Origin: an uncultured SAR86 cluster bacterium | GTDB taxonomy: Bacteria > Pseudomonadota > Gammaproteobacteria > Magnimaribacterales > D2472 | NCBI GenBank assembly: GCA_943789005.1 | Contig: CALSSL010000001.1 | Span: 117,688 to 181,687, forward strand | Direction of reading: 5' to 3' | Length of the DNA stretch: 64,000 nt | In this document: positions 38,375 through 47,085 of the stretch, piece by piece | How the letters are laid out: every line of letters starts with the position of its first letter | Numbering within the stretch: the first letter of the stretch is position 1 | The notes under the pieces: model-generated | What the model was told of the DNA's origin: nothing | What the model saw: the letters and a program-made list of their open reading frames with translations, nothing else | Database searches by the model: none | Translations under genes and position numbers: made by a program

Positions 38375-39860
38375 TAACTACCTCATGATCGCTAAAATAT
38401 AATTTCTTTCCATTTATTTCTTGAGTTTCTTCATGGCCTTTTCCAAGAATAACTAAGCATTCATTATTTCTCAATATTGAGCTGCCAAATATAATTGCTT
38501 CTTTTCTGTCTTCGATTACAGTAACTTTTTTATCATCATTTTGATTGATTGCATCTGAATATATATTGCTAAAAGATTCATTTCTTGAATTATCAGTTGT
38601 AAAAATTACTCTATTTCCGTAATCTATTGCAGCTTTAAGCATTTTTGGTCTTTTACTTTTGTCCCTATCGCCACCACAACCAAAAACAATTATTAAATTT
38701 TCGAAGTATTCTTTGATTGAAGATAGAAAAAATCTAAAACCTTCAGGATTATGAGCATAATCTATGATGACATGCGCAGGAATATCTTGAATATACTCTG
38801 AGCGACCCTTGGGAAGTTTTAAAAAAGATAAATCATTTACTTCGCTTTCAGAAAAATCATAAAATCCAATAGAACATATAGCAAAAACTAAATTACTAAT
38901 ATTAAAATTAGGAAAAATTGATGTCTTAAATAAATATTCTCTCCTTGAGGTAGGATGATAGCCAGCTGGAGGCTTATTAACTATAACTTTAAAAATAGTA
39001 TTTTTTATAGATGATTCAATAATTTCATAAAAAATATCTGCTGACATTTTACTTTCACTTACTACAGTTATTTCATTTCTAGAATTTTTAAGAAAATTGT
39101 GTTTGCTAATATCTCTCTCTAAATCTTCATGAATTAATTTCAGATGGCATTTATTTTGGAATAGCTTGAATTTAGCATCTTTATAAGACTGAATATTTTT
39201 ATGATAATCAAGATGGTCTGATCCAATATTTAATATGCATGCTGAATTTATTAAAGTTATATTTTTTAGTCTATTTTGATCAAGAGCATGAGATGAAACC
39301 TCTAGACATACAGATACTCCATTTTTTATTCCAAAAAAATTAAATACTTCAAATATTTCAAATATATCTGGTGTTGTTTTTATAGAAATTGAATTATTTA
39401 TCTCTTTATCTTTATACTGAGCTCCAATAGTTCCTATATAAATTGATTCATATCCTGCATTAGTTAGAATTTGGTGACATAAAAATGCTGAGGAAGTTTT
39501 TCCATTAGTGCCCGTAAATGTAAAAAAATTATTTTCATTTTGAAGATCTCTTAAATTATAAAATTCATGCAAAAATTCATATATTTTATCCGTTGCGTTT
39601 TTGCGTTTAGGCTCTTCTAAATCCTCAATAAAAAAAATATTACTTTTAGTAGATTCAAAACTGGGATCATTATGTATTGCAATAGATGCACCTAAACTTA
39701 GTGCTTTATTAATATATTTACTTCCATGATTAAAAGTTCCTTTTAATCCAAAAAAAATTGAACCATTTTTTACCTTATCAGTTGAATTAGTGACATTGGA
39801 TATTCTTATTCCCTTTGGGAAATTAATGCCGAGTATTCTTTCTAGCTTATTCATCTTCAA
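38358..39860 (-). CDS. murE: UDP-MurNAc-L-Ala-D-Glu--2,6-diaminopimelate ligase
   Basis: 500 aa. P-loop FTGTNGKTSSAFL, IDYAHNPEG and GCGGDRDKSKRP. Confidence 0.9.
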   Translation of the reverse strand: MKMNKLERILGINFPKGIRISNVTNSTDKVKNGSIFFGLKGTFNHGSKYINKALSLGASIAIHNDPSFESTKSNIFFIEDLEEPKRKNATDKIYEFLHEFYNLRDLQNENNFFTFTGTNGKTSSAFLCHQILTNAGYESIYIGTIGAQYKDKEINNSISIKTTPDIFEIFEVFNFFGIKNGVSVCLEVSSHALDQNRLKNITLINSACILNIGSDHLDYHKNIQSYKDAKFKLFQNKCHLKLIHEDLERDISKHNFLKNSRNEITVVSESKMSADIFYEIIESSIKNTIFKVIVNKPPAGYHPTSRREYLFKTSIFPNFNISNLVFAICSIGFYDFSESEVNDLSFLKLPKGRSEYIQDIPAHVIIDYAHNPEGFRFFLSSIKEYFENLIIVFGCGGDRDKSKRPKMLKAAIDYGNRVIFTTDNSRNESFSNIYSDAINQNDDKKVTVIEDRKEAIIFGSSILRNNECLVILGKGHEETQEINGKKLYFSDHEVVNEIYK

Positions 39861-41463
39861 TATATCCTAAATAATTGAGAGAACTTTCTGCAATCTGTGC
39901 AAATAATGGGGCAGCTATCATGCCGCCTGAGTAAGAGTTTAAACCTGGATCTTCTATGGATACAAAAATAGTTAATGATTCATCTGAAAGCGGGGCTATG
40001 CCAACAAAAAAAGCTCTATATAAGTCTTTTGCATAACCAGAACCTGAGGTAGTTCTATGAACAGTGCCTGTTTTACCACCTTCACTAAAACCTTTTATAT
40101 CTGCCTTCTTTCCTGTACCAATCTTAACAACTTGCTTAAGTGCTTCTAGTGTATGACCTGCAGAAGTTTCAGAAATTACTCTTTGGGAAGTAACTTTATC
40201 ATTCATCAATAATTTAAAATCTTTTTTAATTCCTTGGTTTGCAAAAACAGAATAAGCTGCCGTAATTTGAAATGGACTAACTGTAAAACCATAACCATAT
40301 CCTAAACTTGCTAATTCTCTTTCAGACACAACCTCTTTTGCATTTATTAAACCAAATGCTGCGGCCGGGAAATTAATTGAAATCGGCTTGCTGAAACCAA
40401 AGTTATAATAATTATCTTTTAAATCCTCATATCCTAATTTAAGAGCTATCTTAGATGCTCCAACCTGACTTGAGTATGCAATAATTTCTTTAGGAGTTAA
40501 TTTCTCATAATTCTTTGTATCGATTATCATCTTGTTTTCCAATTGTAGTCTTCTTGGAATTTCCATATATTCATCTGGGTTTATAATGTTTTCATCAACA
40601 GCTCTTGAAAAAACTACTGGCTTCAAGACTGAACCCAGCTCATAAGCATCTATCAAAGCTCTATTCTTTTGGATTGAACGTGTGGGATTATTAGGATTGT
40701 ATGAAGGATAGCTTGCAATTGCTAAAATTTCTCCCTTCTTATTATCAAATACCAAAACTGTTCCAGCCTTTGCTTTATTCTTAGCAATTGCTTCAGCTAA
40801 ATACTTATAAGCATAAAATTGAATTGTTGAGTCAATAGTAAGGATTATATCTTTACCTGGAGTTGTTTTATTAACTTCAATTGGTTTAGAAATTATTTTC
40901 TGTTTAGCGTTTACAAAATATTTTTGTTTCCCTGCTTGACCTGAAAGCATTGAGTCATAACTCTTTTCTAGTCCCTCTTGAGCCTTATCTTTACCGTAAA
41001 ACCCAATTAAAGTTGCTATCTGTTCACCCAAAGGATAATGCCTACTATGTCTTACCTCTATCTCAACATTATCTAGATTTAAACTATTAATAACTTTTTG
41101 CTCTTCAGCATTAAGATTCTTTTTTAATAGTGTTTTCTTCAAGAAAGAATCTTTGATAGAAAGATCATTATTTATATTTATAACATCTTTAAGTTTTAAA
41201 TATTTATCATTGTTGAGGCCTTTTAAAGCATAAAGATCATAATTAATAATTGAGATTGCCAGAGGAAAATTATTTCTATCATAGATTGAGCCTCTAACTG
41301 GATTAATATTCCGATATTTTATATATCTTTTTTTTCCTTCATTTTGTAAGAAAATACTGTCTTCTACTTGGACTAAAATAATTTTATAAAAAATTGTAAA
41401 AATAGAAATTGCCAAAAAAGTACAAATAAAAAAAAGTCTCCAGTTAATAAAATTAGTTTTCAT
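39847..41463 (-). CDS. ftsI: Peptidoglycan D,D-transpeptidase FtsI (PBP3)
   Basis: 538 aa with an N-terminal anchor. SxxK appears as GSVLKP, and KTGT as GGKTGT. Confidence 0.92.
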   Translation of the reverse strand: MKTNFINWRLFFICTFLAISIFTIFYKIILVQVEDSIFLQNEGKKRYIKYRNINPVRGSIYDRNNFPLAISIINYDLYALKGLNNDKYLKLKDVININNDLSIKDSFLKKTLLKKNLNAEEQKVINSLNLDNVEIEVRHSRHYPLGEQIATLIGFYGKDKAQEGLEKSYDSMLSGQAGKQKYFVNAKQKIISKPIEVNKTTPGKDIILTIDSTIQFYAYKYLAEAIAKNKAKAGTVLVFDNKKGEILAIASYPSYNPNNPTRSIQKNRALIDAYELGSVLKPVVFSRAVDENIINPDEYMEIPRRLQLENKMIIDTKNYEKLTPKEIIAYSSQVGASKIALKLGYEDLKDNYYNFGFSKPISINFPAAAFGLINAKEVVSERELASLGYGYGFTVSPFQITAAYSVFANQGIKKDFKLLMNDKVTSQRVISETSAGHTLEALKQVVKIGTGKKADIKGFSEGGKTGTVHRTTSGSGYAKDLYRAFFVGIAPLSDESLTIFVSIEDPGLNSYSGGMIAAPLFAQIAESSLNYLGYIEDE

Positions 41464-41740
41464 TCTTTTCTATTTTTCTTTCTAATTTTTTTGGTTTTTT
41501 TTTGACCATTCCCAGAGTTTCTATTGATTTTTTTTCTATTGTTGCGGGTGAGTTATTTGAATGAAATTGGGTTAAGAGTTTTATATTCCTATCTTTGAAA
41601 TCTTCATACTCAATGAATAAATTTTGTTGGTTTGAATTCAATCTATTTATTTCAAAAGATAATTTTATTTGCTCTAAACTTAAAAAACAGAGAAAAATTA
41701 GCAACATAAATGGTATCAAATATTGAAATTCTTTCTTCAT
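41453..41740 (-). CDS. ftsL: Cell-division protein FtsL
   Basis: 95 aa with a TM segment, a leucine-zipper-like coil and the IEKKSIETLGM motif. It sits between rsmH and ftsI. Confidence 0.7.
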   Translation of the reverse strand: MKKEFQYLIPFMLLIFLCFLSLEQIKLSFEINRLNSNQQNLFIEYEDFKDRNIKLLTQFHSNNSPATIEKKSIETLGMVKKKPKKLERKIEKNEN

Positions 41741-42630
41741 AATTTTTTAAAAACTCTCATAATTGCACTTCTTGATCTTTTATTAATTTCTATTTCATTT
41801 TTTGATGGCCTCACCTTCTTTGCAATGCATGAAAAATCAGCTGTTTGAATTGTATTCAATGGTATATCTTTTGGAAAACTCTTTACGTTTGGCCTAAAAA
41901 AATTTTTAACAATATTATCTTCTAGGGAATGAAATGAGATAACTACAATTACTCCGTCTTTTTTTATAATTTTACTTGCCTGGTTTAATGATTCCGTTAG
42001 TTGATTTAATTCATCATTAATGAATATTCTAAAAGCTTGAAATGATTTTGTTGCTGGATGAATCTTAATTTTTTTTTCAGGATAGATGTCTGCAATAATT
42101 TCTGAAAGTTGAAGGGTTGTTTTAATAAATTCTATTTTTCTACTTTCTATAATTCTTTTAGCAATTAGCTTTCCATGTTTTTCTTCTCCATATTTATAAA
42201 GTACTTCCATAATTTCTTCTTGCGAAGCTCTATTAATCCATTTAGATAATGGTTCTCCTTTTGATGTATTAAAACGCATATCAAGAGGGCCATCACTTCT
42301 AAAGCTAAACCCCCTAGAACCATCATCAAAATGTGTTGAGCATGTGCCTAGATCATATAAAATGCCATCGATAGAATTATTTTCAAAATATCTATCAATC
42401 TTATTAAATGATTTATGTATTGAACAAAAATTGTCTTTAGAAATATTTAAAGAGTGTTTAAAAGCATCGGGATCTTTATCAAATGATGTTAAGTGACCTT
42501 CTTCAGAGATTTTATCTAATATTGCTGAGGAATGACCGCCTCTTCCATAAGTACAATCTATGTAATTACCATTTATTTTTTGAACTAGAAAATCAACTGA
42601 CTCTTCCAGTAATACTGGAAAATGAAGCAT
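41737..42630 (-). CDS. rsmH: 16S rRNA (cytosine1402-N4)-methyltransferase
   Basis: HFPVLLEESVDFL, DCTYGRGGHS, DLGTCSTHFD and ISFHSLEDNIVK. Confidence 0.96.
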   Translation of the reverse strand: MLHFPVLLEESVDFLVQKINGNYIDCTYGRGGHSSAILDKISEEGHLTSFDKDPDAFKHSLNISKDNFCSIHKSFNKIDRYFENNSIDGILYDLGTCSTHFDDGSRGFSFRSDGPLDMRFNTSKGEPLSKWINRASQEEIMEVLYKYGEEKHGKLIAKRIIESRKIEFIKTTLQLSEIIADIYPEKKIKIHPATKSFQAFRIFINDELNQLTESLNQASKIIKKDGVIVVISFHSLEDNIVKNFFRPNVKSFPKDIPLNTIQTADFSCIAKKVRPSKNEIEINKRSRSAIMRVFKKL

Positions 42631-42631
42631 A

Positions 42632-43741
42632 TTAGTCTACTTGTTTTCTCATAAAAGTTGGCACATCGAGGAAATCAATTTCCGCTGCAGACGATGTGCC
42701 ACCTTTCTGACTTATATGTTCTTTACTCAATCCTACCGGATTTAGTTTAATTGAAGGTTGGTTATCAATTACTAAAGTTGGTGCTCTTTGATCAACTCCA
42801 GTTGCTACAATTGTTACTAATAAATCATCATCAACACTTTCATCGTAAACTAATCCATAAATTATATTTGCATCTTCATGAACTATTTCTTCTACGATAT
42901 CTGCTACTTCTGTTTGGTCTCCAAGTGTTGGTTTTGCTGCTGTAATATTTACAAGAACACCTCTAGCATTTTTAAGATTTATATCTTCAAGCAATTCACT
43001 TCTAACTGCCTGAGTTGCAGCAGCTGCAGCTCTATTTTTTCCACTTGCTCTCCCAGTACCCATCATTGCAATTCCTTTCTCAGACATAACTGTCTTTACA
43101 TCAGCAAAGTCAACATTTATATGCCCTTTTTTCATAATAATATCTGAAATGCCCTGAACTGCTCCCTTGAGCACATCGTCAGCCTTAGCAAAAGCATCTT
43201 GCATGGCAGTATCTTCTCCTAGAATTTCATATAACTTTTGGTTAGGTATAGTTACCAAACTATCGACTTCTTCCACTAGAGCTGCCAAACCCTTTTCAGC
43301 AGCAGTCATTCTTCTCTTACCCTCAAATTTAAATGGCTTAGTAACAACAGCAACTGTTAATGCTCCTAAATCTTTTGCTATTGAGGCAACAACAGGAGCA
43401 GCTCCAGTTCCTGTACCACCTCCCATTCCAGCTGTAATAAATATCATATCAGCGCCAACTAAAAGCTCTTCTATTGCTGCTCTGTCGCTTTCCGCAGCTT
43501 TTCTTCCAATATCTGGGTTTGCGCCAGCTCCTAGCCCTTTTGTAAGCCCATTACCAAGCTTTAAAGTGATTGCTCCATTAGCTTGTGATAAAGCTTGCGT
43601 ATCAGTATTGGCACAAATAAAGTCTACGCCTTCTATATTATGATTAATCATATGGATGACTGCATTTCCGCCAGCCCCCCCAACACCAACCACTTTTATC
43701 TTAGCATTCTCTACGGCTTGACCTATTACTTCAAAATTCAT
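42632..43741 (-). CDS. ftsZ: Cell-division GTPase FtsZ, in a non-canonical position between mraZ and rsmH
   Basis: 369 aa. VGVGGAGGNA, the tubulin signature GMGGGTGTGAAPV and the conserved C-terminal peptide DFLDVPTFMRKQ. Confidence 0.98.
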   Translation of the reverse strand: MNFEVIGQAVENAKIKVVGVGGAGGNAVIHMINHNIEGVDFICANTDTQALSQANGAITLKLGNGLTKGLGAGANPDIGRKAAESDRAAIEELLVGADMIFITAGMGGGTGTGAAPVVASIAKDLGALTVAVVTKPFKFEGKRRMTAAEKGLAALVEEVDSLVTIPNQKLYEILGEDTAMQDAFAKADDVLKGAVQGISDIIMKKGHINVDFADVKTVMSEKGIAMMGTGRASGKNRAAAAATQAVRSELLEDINLKNARGVLVNITAAKPTLGDQTEVADIVEEIVHEDANIIYGLVYDESVDDDLLVTIVATGVDQRAPTLVIDNQPSIKLNPVGLSKEHISQKGGTSSAAEIDFLDVPTFMRKQVD

Positions 43742-43754
43742 TTCTTATCCCCTA

Positions 43755-44222
43755 TTAAAAAGACATTGATTTGATACTTTCTGGGAGAATCACATCTAAA
43801 ATTTCTGTTGATAATGATCCGCCTGTTTGTCTCATTTCCCAATTGTTTACATTCCATATTTCAAATTTGTTTCCCATTCCAATAAGAGAAATTTGTTTTT
43901 GATCTGATATATCTGCGTATTTTCTTAGTTCTGAAGGAATAAGAACCAACATCCTGCTATTTGGATCAAATTCAATAACACTTGCATTGCCTAAAATAGT
44001 CCATTGAAGGTTTCTTACAATTGGGTCTAATCCTTGCAAAGATTCTAATTTGGATGAGATTTCATCCCATTGTGATTCTGGATATACTTTTAATGAGGGA
44101 TATTGAGGATCTTTTGTTATAACAACTTTAGTTTCATTATTGTTTATTAAGTGAGATCGATATTTAGCAGGTATTGCTAATCTACCCTTCTGATCAAGTG
44201 AAACTGTGTTGAAACCATACAT
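43755..44222 (-). CDS. mraZ: Transcriptional regulator MraZ
   Basis: 155 aa. MYGFNTVSLDQKGRLAIPAKYR plus a second SpoVT/AbrB-like repeat. Confidence 0.93.
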   Translation of the reverse strand: MYGFNTVSLDQKGRLAIPAKYRSHLINNNETKVVITKDPQYPSLKVYPESQWDEISSKLESLQGLDPIVRNLQWTILGNASVIEFDPNSRMLVLIPSELRKYADISDQKQISLIGMGNKFEIWNVNNWEMRQTGGSLSTEILDVILPESIKSMSF

Positions 44223-44244
44223 GGTTTAAAATATAAAGCCTTTT

Positions 44245-44284
44245 TACACACTTTGCAACACATTTACACACTTTTTCACACTTT
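44245..44284 (-). promoter_or_regulatory. Putative MraZ operator: four direct repeats with 10-bp phasing
   Basis: The minus strand reads AAAGTGTGAA AAAGTGTGTA AATGTGTTGC AAAGTGTGTA, lying 23-62 nt upstream of the mraZ ATG. MraZ proteins are known to bind phased short direct repeats with a GTG-type core. Confidence 0.55.
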
Positions 44285-44299
44285 AAAAATACGTATAAA

Positions 44300-44636
44300 A
44301 AGTGAGTTGGTCTATAAGCCGGATTCTGTAAATGATGATCATCTATCTCGATATTATGTTGCCATAATATTCTAGCAACCTACCCAAATCCTAAGCGAGC
44401 AGCTTTATAGGATTTCTATTTGGTCTTGCTTCAGGCTGGGGTTTACAATGCCTTAAATGTCTCCAATTAAGCGGTGAGCTCTTACCCCACCATTTCACCC
44501 TTACCAATAAATTGGCGGTATATTTTCTGCTGCACTTTCCGTAGGCTCACGCCTCCCAGGCGTTACCTGGCGCCCTGCTCTATGAAGTCCGGACTTTCCT
44601 CTAGAATTAACTAGCGATCATCCAACCAACTCGGGG
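44300..44636 (-). ncRNA. rnpB: RNase P RNA (type A, compact, about 337 nt; ends approximate)
   Basis: The minus strand contains GAGGAAAGTCCGGAC, GGTAACGCCTGGGAGG, GGTAAGGGTGAAATGGTGGGGTAAGAGCTCACC and ACAGAATCCGGCTTAT. The P1 pairing is GAGTTGGT / ACCAACTC. It lies between rsmI and mraZ, as I recall for Pseudomonas. Confidence 0.93.
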
Positions 44637-44663
44637 TTATTATAATTACTTTTAATGAAGAAG

Positions 44664-45485
44664 CTATTTTAGTTCTGATAATTTTTTATAGATATCTCTT
44701 TTGTTTTCTTTAGTTATCATAGATATTAGTTTTGCTGCTTCCCTGGTAGGCATATTTTTAAGAAAAGATTTATATATTTTATTATCAAAAATTAAATCTG
44801 CATCATTTGATGAGAAAGACTCTATTACTATTACAAATTCGCCCTTCAGTGTAAGTTTATTGTTGTTAAGCTTTTCCAGTAGGGACGTTGCTGTTCCTCT
44901 TTCAATATTTTCGTGAATTTTTGTCATTTCACGACATAAAGAAACCTTTTTACTTTCAGAATATTCACTTGCAATATAAAACAAAGTTTCATGAATTCTT
45001 TTTGCCGACTCAAATAATAATATTGTATTTCTTTCTTTTTTTAGGGATTGAAAAAATTGTATCTTTTGTGATTTTTTTCTTGGTACAAAGCCTAAAAAAG
45101 AAAAACTTGAAGTTGGTAAGCCTGAAAGAACTAGTGCACTAATAACAGATGATGGTCCTGGTAGAAGTGTAAACTCTACATTATTATCAACACATTTTTG
45201 GATCAAATAATAGCCGGGATCTGATATTGCAGGAGTTCCGGCATCACTAACAACGGCAATATTAATATCCGAGTTTGTTAATGTATTGATTATTTTATTT
45301 GATACTTCTTGTTCGTTATGCTCATGAAAAGATTTGCATCTTTTATCACAGTTTATAAACTTTAATAACTTACTTGTATTTCTAGTGTCTTCTGCAAAAA
45401 TATAATCTGCATCTTTTAAAACTTCTATTGCTCTAAGTGAGATATCATTTAGATTACCTATTGGTGTTGATATTAGATATAACAT
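44664..45485 (-). CDS. rsmI: 16S rRNA (cytidine1402-2'-O)-methyltransferase
   Basis: 273 aa. MLYLISTPIGNLNDISLRAIEVLKDADYIFAEDTR and SDAGTPAISDPG. Confidence 0.92.
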   Translation of the reverse strand: MLYLISTPIGNLNDISLRAIEVLKDADYIFAEDTRNTSKLLKFINCDKRCKSFHEHNEQEVSNKIINTLTNSDINIAVVSDAGTPAISDPGYYLIQKCVDNNVEFTLLPGPSSVISALVLSGLPTSSFSFLGFVPRKKSQKIQFFQSLKKERNTILLFESAKRIHETLFYIASEYSESKKVSLCREMTKIHENIERGTATSLLEKLNNNKLTLKGEFVIVIESFSSNDADLIFDNKIYKSFLKNMPTREAAKLISMITKENKRDIYKKLSELK

Positions 45486-45500
45486 AGTTTAAAAAAATAT

Positions 45501-46457
45501 ATGATTAAACAAAGCTTAACATTTATTTTAACAGTTTTGATTTCTGTAATTTCTGGTTGTACGACCACCTCACCAAATATTGAAAAGAGATTTGTAGCTA
45601 TAGAAGATGTGTCTAGATTGCTTAATAATAAAAAGCTAACCCTCAATTATTCTGTTAATAATAAAAATAAAGAATATTTTATATCTGCTTTATTAAAAGA
45701 AGAATATGAGTTTGAAATAGAATTTAGTGACGATGGAAAAAAGTTAAATAATAATCTTTTAGATTCAAATCTTTCTTTTTTTTGTAACAGTTATATTGAA
45801 GATCAGAGATATAAATTAAATTCATGGCTTTATGAAGAAGCAAACAAACATGAAGATATTTTAGTGGTTTATAGCGAGGGGTTTGAAACTCAAGCAAATA
45901 CATTGAAAAAAAATTACCCTAACTCAAAATATTATTTTCTAAATAATAGTAATTATGAAAATTTTGTAATTAGAGTTATTGGGGTTGATTCAAGTGTTAA
46001 AAGATTTAATGAATTACAAAAAAATGATAAAAGTATTTCGATATTAAATACTCCAAGAGAAAAGAAGGATTTTAAGAAAATATATTTCTTAACTGATTAT
46101 GTTATTGGCAAAACTCTAATTCCTATATTTAGAAGTTATCTAATAGATACTGATTTTTACTCTACAGTTGATATTCTATTGGGAGCTTCATCAGTAAAAG
46201 AGCTAAATGATTTTGAAAATATGATTATTCCAGCGCCTGAGTATTTCTTTAAAAATTTATCTTCAAAAAAAATAACTACAAATCTTAGAGAAAAATTAAA
46301 TCAGGAATTAGTAGAAGACTTAATTTTAGCTGAAACTATTTATCAAAATAATTTATTTGGAGTTAGCGCAAGATTTAATTCTGGTAATGCCAAAATTAAT
46401 AGTGGTCAGTGCATAAATAGAGAGCTTTATTTGATGAAAGTCTCCATAAATACTTAA
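45501..46457 (+). CDS. Lipoprotein, possibly a reduced LpoA-like protein (assignment by position only)
   Basis: Lipobox LISVISGC. It is divergent from rsmI, as lpoA is in E. coli and Pseudomonas, but at 318 aa it is about half the usual length. I could not verify any diagnostic motif. Confidence 0.35.
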   Translation: MIKQSLTFILTVLISVISGCTTTSPNIEKRFVAIEDVSRLLNNKKLTLNYSVNNKNKEYFISALLKEEYEFEIEFSDDGKKLNNNLLDSNLSFFCNSYIEDQRYKLNSWLYEEANKHEDILVVYSEGFETQANTLKKNYPNSKYYFLNNSNYENFVIRVIGVDSSVKRFNELQKNDKSISILNTPREKKDFKKIYFLTDYVIGKTLIPIFRSYLIDTDFYSTVDILLGASSVKELNDFENMIIPAPEYFFKNLSSKKITTNLREKLNQELVEDLILAETIYQNNLFGVSARFNSGNAKINSGQCINRELYLMKVSINT

Positions 46458-46458
46458 A

Positions 46459-47070
46459 CTAAACTTCTTTAAGATCTCTTTCTAAAGATGATAGGCTGTC
46501 TAAAAACCCAGGTCTTTTAAAAACTGTTTTTTGATAATCTAAAAGAGGTTTCAGGTGTCTATTTACTGGAAGCTTGATACCAATAGACGGCAGTCTCCAT
46601 AAAATAGGAGCAAAGCAGCAGTCTACAAGTGTAAACTCATCACTCATGAAAAATTTAAATTCTTTAAATGTTGGAGCTATAGATGATATTTCATGAAGAA
46701 GTTCTTCTCTTAGTTTTAATAACTCTTTTTCAGGAAGTTCTGCTGCTATTAATGTGTCAACAATAGGACACCATTCTCTGTCAATTCTAAGCATCAGAGT
46801 TCTGCTGTTTGCTCTTGCAACAGGATAAACAGGTAAAAGTGGTGGATGAGGAAATCTTTCGTCAAGATATTCCATCATAACCGAAGGATCATGAATTGCT
46901 AAATCTCTATCAACAAGAATTGGTAACTTATGATATGGACTTATTGAAAGAATATCCTCAGGAGTTTCCTCAGGCTTGGCTTCTTTAATCTCGGCAGTAA
47001 TATCTTTTTCTGCTAACACTATTCTAACTCTCTGACTGTAATGATCATCGCGATCTGAATATAAAATCAT
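46459..47070 (-). CDS. sspA: Stringent starvation protein A (GST-like)
   Basis: 203 aa with a GST fold (SQRVRIVLAEKDI ... LVDRDLAIHDPSVMMEYLDERFPHPPLLP). It lies downstream of petABC. Confidence 0.88.
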   Translation of the reverse strand: MILYSDRDDHYSQRVRIVLAEKDITAEIKEAKPEETPEDILSISPYHKLPILVDRDLAIHDPSVMMEYLDERFPHPPLLPVYPVARANSRTLMLRIDREWCPIVDTLIAAELPEKELLKLREELLHEISSIAPTFKEFKFFMSDEFTLVDCCFAPILWRLPSIGIKLPVNRHLKPLLDYQKTVFKRPGFLDSLSSLERDLKEV

Positions 47071-47085
47071 ATTTTCCCCTAATTT

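Noticed and set aside
43167-43643. A 158-aa plus-strand ORF (MSTSSALAKASCMAV...), plus similar ORFs at 42751-42945 and 42878-43147.
   Set aside because: They are antisense to ftsZ, and their Ala/Ser/Pro-rich low-complexity sequence mirrors the Gly/Ala-rich FtsZ codons. The same reasoning applies to the other antisense track ORFs inside well-supported genes: 4048-4266, 4747-4968, 10099-10314, 10919-11101, 11047-11316, 12744-13007, 15823-16059, 23830-24027, 24477-24713, 26662-26847, 27303-27587, 28128-28400, 31291-31500, 33465-33830, 37143-37502, 44701-45142, 48349-48649, 50168-50542, 51803-52021, 55123-55305, 56532-56816, 58130-58327, 58774-58974, 59065-59472 and 61467-61670.
44245-44284. The four 10-bp direct repeats, considered as a minisatellite or degenerate CRISPR.
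   Set aside because: The repeats are contiguous with no spacers, total only 40 bp, and lie exactly in the promoter region of mraZ. They are better explained as an operator, as reported in the findings.
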